From assembly GCA_040878325.1 (NCBI GenBank), contig JBBDMM010000011.1, positions 48,595 through 68,594 of the forward strand: DNA of 20,000 bases, read 5' to 3'. Shown piece after piece: positions 16,682 through 20,000 of the stretch. The notes under the pieces are model-generated. The model was not told the origin of the DNA. It saw only the letters and a list, made by a program, of their open reading frames with translations, and made no database searches. The DNA comes from Acidimicrobiia bacterium (GTDB lineage: Bacteria > Actinomycetota > Acidimicrobiia > Spongiisociales > UBA11373). Position numbers and translations under genes: made by a program. Positions within the stretch are counted from its first letter, which is position 1, and each line of letters begins with the position of its first letter.

Positions 16682-17651
16682 GGCGCGGCAGCACTTCCTC
16701 GCCGAGCAGCCTGATCGTTGCCTCCTGGTCCAACGAGGCGACCTGGAAGGTGACGGCCGAGGCCCCGACGTCCTCACACAGCGGCCGATAGGTCTCGACT
16801 ATCGCGTCGACATCCGGGACGATCGCGTAACGGCCGAGGACCTCTTCACGGGGCATCTCGTCGGCTCGTTCCCGCAGGTCCTGGGGGTCGACCGCCTCGA
16901 GGCGGCCCGGAGCCCGCAGGCCACGCCATGACCGCAGCGCCTGCCATGCCTCGTCGTCGCTGGCGGCGTGGATCGACCATCGGGTGGCGAGAATCGTTGG
17001 CGGCTCTCGGCCCGCAGCGGCGGCGGCTCGGCCCGCCGGTTCGACCACCTGCTCGATGGTGTCGGCGGGGACTTTGACGCTGGTGATGATGCCGTCGGCG
17101 AGTTCTGCCGCCAGCGCCGACGACTTGGGGGCACCGGCGGCCATCCACAGCCGTACGCGCCCGATGGGGGGGCTGTACAGCCGGGCCCGGTCGGTGCGGT
17201 AGTACTCACCCTCGAAGGTGAGTTTCTCACCGTCGAGCAGCCGGCGCATGATCACGAGGGCCTCTCGCATCCGGGCGGCGCGCTCCGGGTATCCCGGGAA
17301 CTCGTACCCGAGGGGACCCTCGTTGATGTTCTCGCCGGTGCCAACCCCGAGGTCGAAGCGCCCGCCGCTCAGCCGATCGAGGGTCGCCGCAGCCTGGGCA
17401 ACCACTCCGGGGTGGTACCGAAACAGGGGAGTGGTGACGCCGGTGGTTATCCGTACCCGTTCGGTCGCCTGCGCCATCGCCCCGATGGTCGAGAAGGCGA
17501 AACCCGCCGCCGAGTGGTCGTCCACCCACGGATGGAAGTGCTCGGACACCATCAGGCCGTCGAAGCCCACGGACTCGGCGAGGGCGGCGTGGCGGACCAG
17601 GTCCTCGGGCTGCCACTGCTCGTGTCCGCAGAAGTAGTAGAAGTCGGTCAC
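16665..17651 (-). CDS. F420-dependent LLM oxidoreductase, G6PDH (TIGR03557-like) family
   Basis: HEQWQP, GFDGLMVSEHFHPW, TGVTTPLFRYHPGVVAQAAATL, LGVGTGENINE. GTG start after GAGAGG; an alternative ATG lies a little upstream. Confidence 0.9.
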   Translation of the reverse strand: MTDFYYFCGHEQWQPEDLVRHAALAESVGFDGLMVSEHFHPWVDDHSAAGFAFSTIGAMAQATERVRITTGVTTPLFRYHPGVVAQAAATLDRLSGGRFDLGVGTGENINEGPLGYEFPGYPERAARMREALVIMRRLLDGEKLTFEGEYYRTDRARLYSPPIGRVRLWMAAGAPKSSALAAELADGIITSVKVPADTIEQVVEPAGRAAAAAGREPPTILATRWSIHAASDDEAWQALRSWRGLRAPGRLEAVDPQDLRERADEMPREEVLGRYAIVPDVDAIVETYRPLCEDVGASAVTFQVASLDQEATIRLLGEEVLPRLRNQH

Positions 17652-17749
17652 GGAACCTCTCTCGCCGAGGGGATGCCCCTCCATGTTCGCGTAGTCTCGC
17701 GCGACGCCCGCCATTGGGGGCAAGACGGAACACGGAAGGGAGTTCCTGT

Positions 17750-18421
17750 ATGAAAGATTGGCAGAAGTACGCCGCCGAGGCCTACGGGACGTTCGTGCTC
17801 GTAGGCATCGGAACCGGGGCGATCCTTGCTTCGGGCGGCGACCTGGTGGCACTCTCATTTGCGTTCGGCCTCGCACTCATTGCGGCGCTGTTCACGGTGG
17901 GACGTGTTTCCGGCGGGCATTTCAACCCTGCGGTGTCGCTCGGTATGTATCTGGACAAGCGTCTCTCGATGACCGACATGCTCTTCTACTGGGTGTCGCA
18001 GGCGGTGGGGGCCATCCTGGCGAGCATGCTGCTGGCCTTCGTGCTCAGCAAGGAGCTCGTCGCGATGACGATCACCCAGTTCACTGAACCCGTCGACGCG
18101 TTGGGGGCCTTTGTAGGGGAGACGGTCTTCACTGCCGTGTTCGTGATGGCCATCCTGGTGCTGGCGAGGAGCCGGTGGACCACGGCCTTCCTCGGAATTG
18201 GCCTCACCCTGACCGCGGTGCATCTGGCCGCCGCCCCGCTCACTGGGGCGTCCGTGAACCCCGCCCGTTCGTTCGCTCCGGCCCTGGTCGGAGGCGAGTT
18301 CGGCGACATCTGGGTGTACCTGGCGGGTCCCGCCGTCGGTGCCCTGGTCGGATGGGTGCTCTACAAGGTGATCATCACCGGGGATACCGACCTCACCGAC
18401 GACATGCCCAACATGATGTAG
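17750..18421 (+). CDS. MIP family channel (aquaporin)
   Basis: AEAYGTF, SGGHFNPAVS and GASVNPARSFAPA (both NPA boxes), WVYLAGP. SD GAAGGGAG. Confidence 0.95.
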   Translation: MKDWQKYAAEAYGTFVLVGIGTGAILASGGDLVALSFAFGLALIAALFTVGRVSGGHFNPAVSLGMYLDKRLSMTDMLFYWVSQAVGAILASMLLAFVLSKELVAMTITQFTEPVDALGAFVGETVFTAVFVMAILVLARSRWTTAFLGIGLTLTAVHLAAAPLTGASVNPARSFAPALVGGEFGDIWVYLAGPAVGALVGWVLYKVIITGDTDLTDDMPNMM

Positions 18422-18444
18422 CGGGGCTTGGTTGGTCAAATGAG

Positions 18445-18472
18445 GTGAGGGCGCCCTCGCGGGCGCCCTCAC
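18445..18472. terminator. GC-rich hairpin between convergent genes; probable bidirectional terminator
   Basis: GTGAGGGCGCCC-TCGC-GGGCGCCCTCAC, a perfect 12-bp stem with a GCGA (GNRA) loop on the minus strand. Confidence 0.75.
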
Positions 18473-18496
18473 TGCGTTTCAAGCGCGAGGCGAGTT

Positions 18497-18799
18497 CTAC
18501 GAACCCCAGGCCCGCAGCGCCATGATGATCGCTCCCAGCAGAACGACAAACAGCAGGACCGGGATCCACAGCAAGTGGACCCACCCGCGGCCAGTTCGAC
18601 GCGTCGAGATGAAGCGCACGATGGTGACCCCGAAGATGATGCCGCCGATGGCGAAGGGCCAGAACGGAGGGGTGGCGTCGGCGAGCCGGTCGCCGATCAG
18701 CCAGGCGAACCAACCAAGTGAAAATCCGGCGGCAAGTCCGAGCACCGTCTCATAGAGCAAACGGCCGAGTCCGGGGCGTTGTGTGGTTCTGTCGTCCAT
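18497..18799 (-). CDS. Small hypothetical membrane protein (3 TM)
   Basis: MDDRTT start overlaps the upstream stop (TGATG). Three hydrophobic segments, 100 aa. Confidence 0.72.
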   Translation of the reverse strand: MDDRTTQRPGLGRLLYETVLGLAAGFSLGWFAWLIGDRLADATPPFWPFAIGGIIFGVTIVRFISTRRTGRGWVHLLWIPVLLFVVLLGAIIMALRAWGS

Positions 18800-19299
18800 C
18801 AGTTGTTTCCCTCGATCAGGTCGGCGGCCATGTCGTAGACCACTCCCGCTCGGCACGCTTGGTCAGCGCCGAGATCGACTTCGACGGTTGTGTCTGGCGC
18901 AGGGAATCCGTAGACCAATCCTCCCACACACGCCCCCGAGGTGTCGGCGACCGTAAACGCCACCACCCACGGGTTGTCAGAGCTCGCGACGTCCTTGGAG
19001 TCGACCGAGTTGATCGCGATCGAGATGCCGTCCGGGTCGGCTGCGACGGCGGAACCCCGCACTGAGATCGGATAGACCGAAATGATTCTCTCGGCCAGGG
19101 CCTCTGGGTCTAGAGCCGCCTCACCCCACAGGGTCACGGTATCGAACAGGAACTGCCGTACAACGGTCGCTTCGGCCACCTGGCCGGCGGCGTCCAGTCC
19201 GGCGGTGGGACTCTCCGTCGATGTCGAACTGACTCCATCGTCGTCACCGCAGGCGCCGGCGAGCACGAGCAGAACCATCAGGGTCACGCATGATTTCAT
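18799..19299 (-). CDS. Hypothetical lipoprotein
   Basis: MKSCVTLMVLLVLAGA-C lipobox followed by GDDDG and a Ser/Thr linker. GGAG SD before ATG 19299. Two further Cys may form a disulfide. Confidence 0.75.
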   Translation of the reverse strand: MKSCVTLMVLLVLAGACGDDDGVSSTSTESPTAGLDAAGQVAEATVVRQFLFDTVTLWGEAALDPEALAERIISVYPISVRGSAVAADPDGISIAINSVDSKDVASSDNPWVVAFTVADTSGACVGGLVYGFPAPDTTVEVDLGADQACRAGVVYDMAADLIEGNN

Positions 19300-19392
19300 C
19301 GAGAACTCCGCTTCCATTCGGCCGAGTATTCGGCCGAGGGGAGAGTAGGCGTACTCGGTGTTCTCGCGGCCACCCCTGGATCCCAGTGGCTG

Positions 19393-19563
19393 TCAGCGAA
19401 AGGCGGTGGCGATAAACAGGCCAACGGCGAGCGAGACCACCGTGATCACCGGGTGTGAGGCGACACTCCGACCGGGGCCTGGTTGTGCTCCATCGGCGAG
19501 AGCCGTCATGCTGAGCAAGAAGGCCCGGCGGGCCTCTGAGTCGGACAAGATTCTGTGCGCCAT
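19393..19563 (-). CDS. 56-aa small protein with C-terminal membrane anchor
   Basis: ATG 19563 after GAGGAGGG. MAHRILSDSEARRAFLLSMTALADGAQPGPGRSVASHPVITVVSLAVGLFIATAFR. Confidence 0.6.
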   Translation of the reverse strand: MAHRILSDSEARRAFLLSMTALADGAQPGPGRSVASHPVITVVSLAVGLFIATAFR

Positions 19564-19584
19564 TTCATCCCTCCTCGCGAGGGG

Positions 19585-19611
19585 ATACCCCGCATTCTCG
19601 GGCGGCAAACC
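19585..19611 (-). promoter_or_regulatory. SigF/SigB-type (general stress sigma) promoter
   Basis: Minus strand reads GGTTT-N16-GGGTAT, matching the mycobacterial SigF / Bacillus SigB-type consensus. It ends 21 nt before ATG 19563. Confidence 0.65.
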
Positions 19612-19636
19612 GGAATCGAGTCGCGCGGCAGACGCG

Positions 19637-19662
19637 GTGAGGGCCCCCGAAGGGGCCCTCAC
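19637..19662 (-). terminator. rnpB terminator hairpin
   Basis: GTGAGGGCCCC-TTCG-GGGGCCCTCAC on the minus strand (11-bp stem, UUCG loop), a few nt after the rnpB 3' end. Confidence 0.75.
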
Positions 19663-19668
19663 GATCGT

Positions 19669-20000
19669 CGAGTCCGCCTGTAAGCCGGATCCTGTGCCGA
19701 CCCGGAGGTCGGTGGCGGCCATCTATCTGGGCCCGCCGTCGCCGGCGGGCTCGAGCGGCCTACCCGAGACTTGGCGGACGGGCAGCCCTGTCTCTGCTTG
19801 GCCTTGCTCCCGGTGGGGTTTGCCGAGCCGCCCCGGTCACCCGTGGCGCTGGTGGTCTCTTACACCACCCTTTCACCCTTGCCGGCCGCTGGCCCGAAGG
19901 CCTGCGGCTTAGGCGGTCTGCTCTCTGCTGCACTTTCCGTCGGGTTGCCCCGCCTGGGAGTTACCCAGCACCGTGCCCTGTGGAGTCCGGACTTTCCTCG
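19669..20000 (-). ncRNA. rnpB: RNase P RNA, bacterial type A (5' end beyond the window)
   Basis: Minus strand has GAGGAAAGTCCGGACTCC (P4 5' strand), GGAAAGTGCAGCAGA, AAGGGTGAAAGGGTGGTGTAAGAGACCACC, GGCAAACCCCACCGGGAGCAAG, AGATAGATG and ACAGGATCCGGCTTACAG (P4 3' strand). Confidence 0.98.

Noticed and set aside
19358..19912. ORFs overlapping rnpB (184 aa plus strand; N-terminal half of the 109-aa minus ORF)
   Set aside because: They run through RNase P RNA and its terminator. Only the 56-aa part with SD and promoter is credible.
1..20000. Mobile elements or anti-phage defence genes
   Set aside because: No transposase, integrase, nuclease, RT or toxin motifs recognised. The RNase H here is the housekeeping type in its usual neighbourhood.

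Overview
High-GC actinobacterial-looking DNA; an Acidimicrobiia-like origin is inferred from the TIGR03252-type HhH-GPD gene, two F420-type LLM oxidoreductases, leaderless starts and a type A rnpB. The left 13 kb holds a Wzx/Wzy-dependent polysaccharide locus. Its tightly coupled minus-strand operon (12882->3059) runs: membrane protein with a degenerate GGDEF domain but intact RxxD I-site, priming phosphoglycosyl transferase, Wzz-like protein, Wzy/ligase, Wzx, two GT4, GT2 and a GNAT. A plus-strand polysaccharide deacetylase + APH-like kinase pair converges on it. The operon has a clear sigma70-type promoter bracketed by two copies of a palindromic operator. The right part is housekeeping/accessory: C4 zinc-ribbon protein, RNase HI, membrane hydrolase, split TauE/SafE pair, two LLM oxidoreductases, aquaporin, three small hypothetical genes (one behind a consensus SigF/SigB-type promoter) and most of rnpB. 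At the left edge a GT2 gene breaks off after 13 codons at an apparent rearrangement junction. Best candidate novel system: a c-di-GMP-receptor-gated (PelD-like) Wzy-dependent exopolysaccharide pathway with acyl/deacetyl/phospho tailoring in an actinobacterium. All family assignments are from motif recognition by eye; no searches were run.
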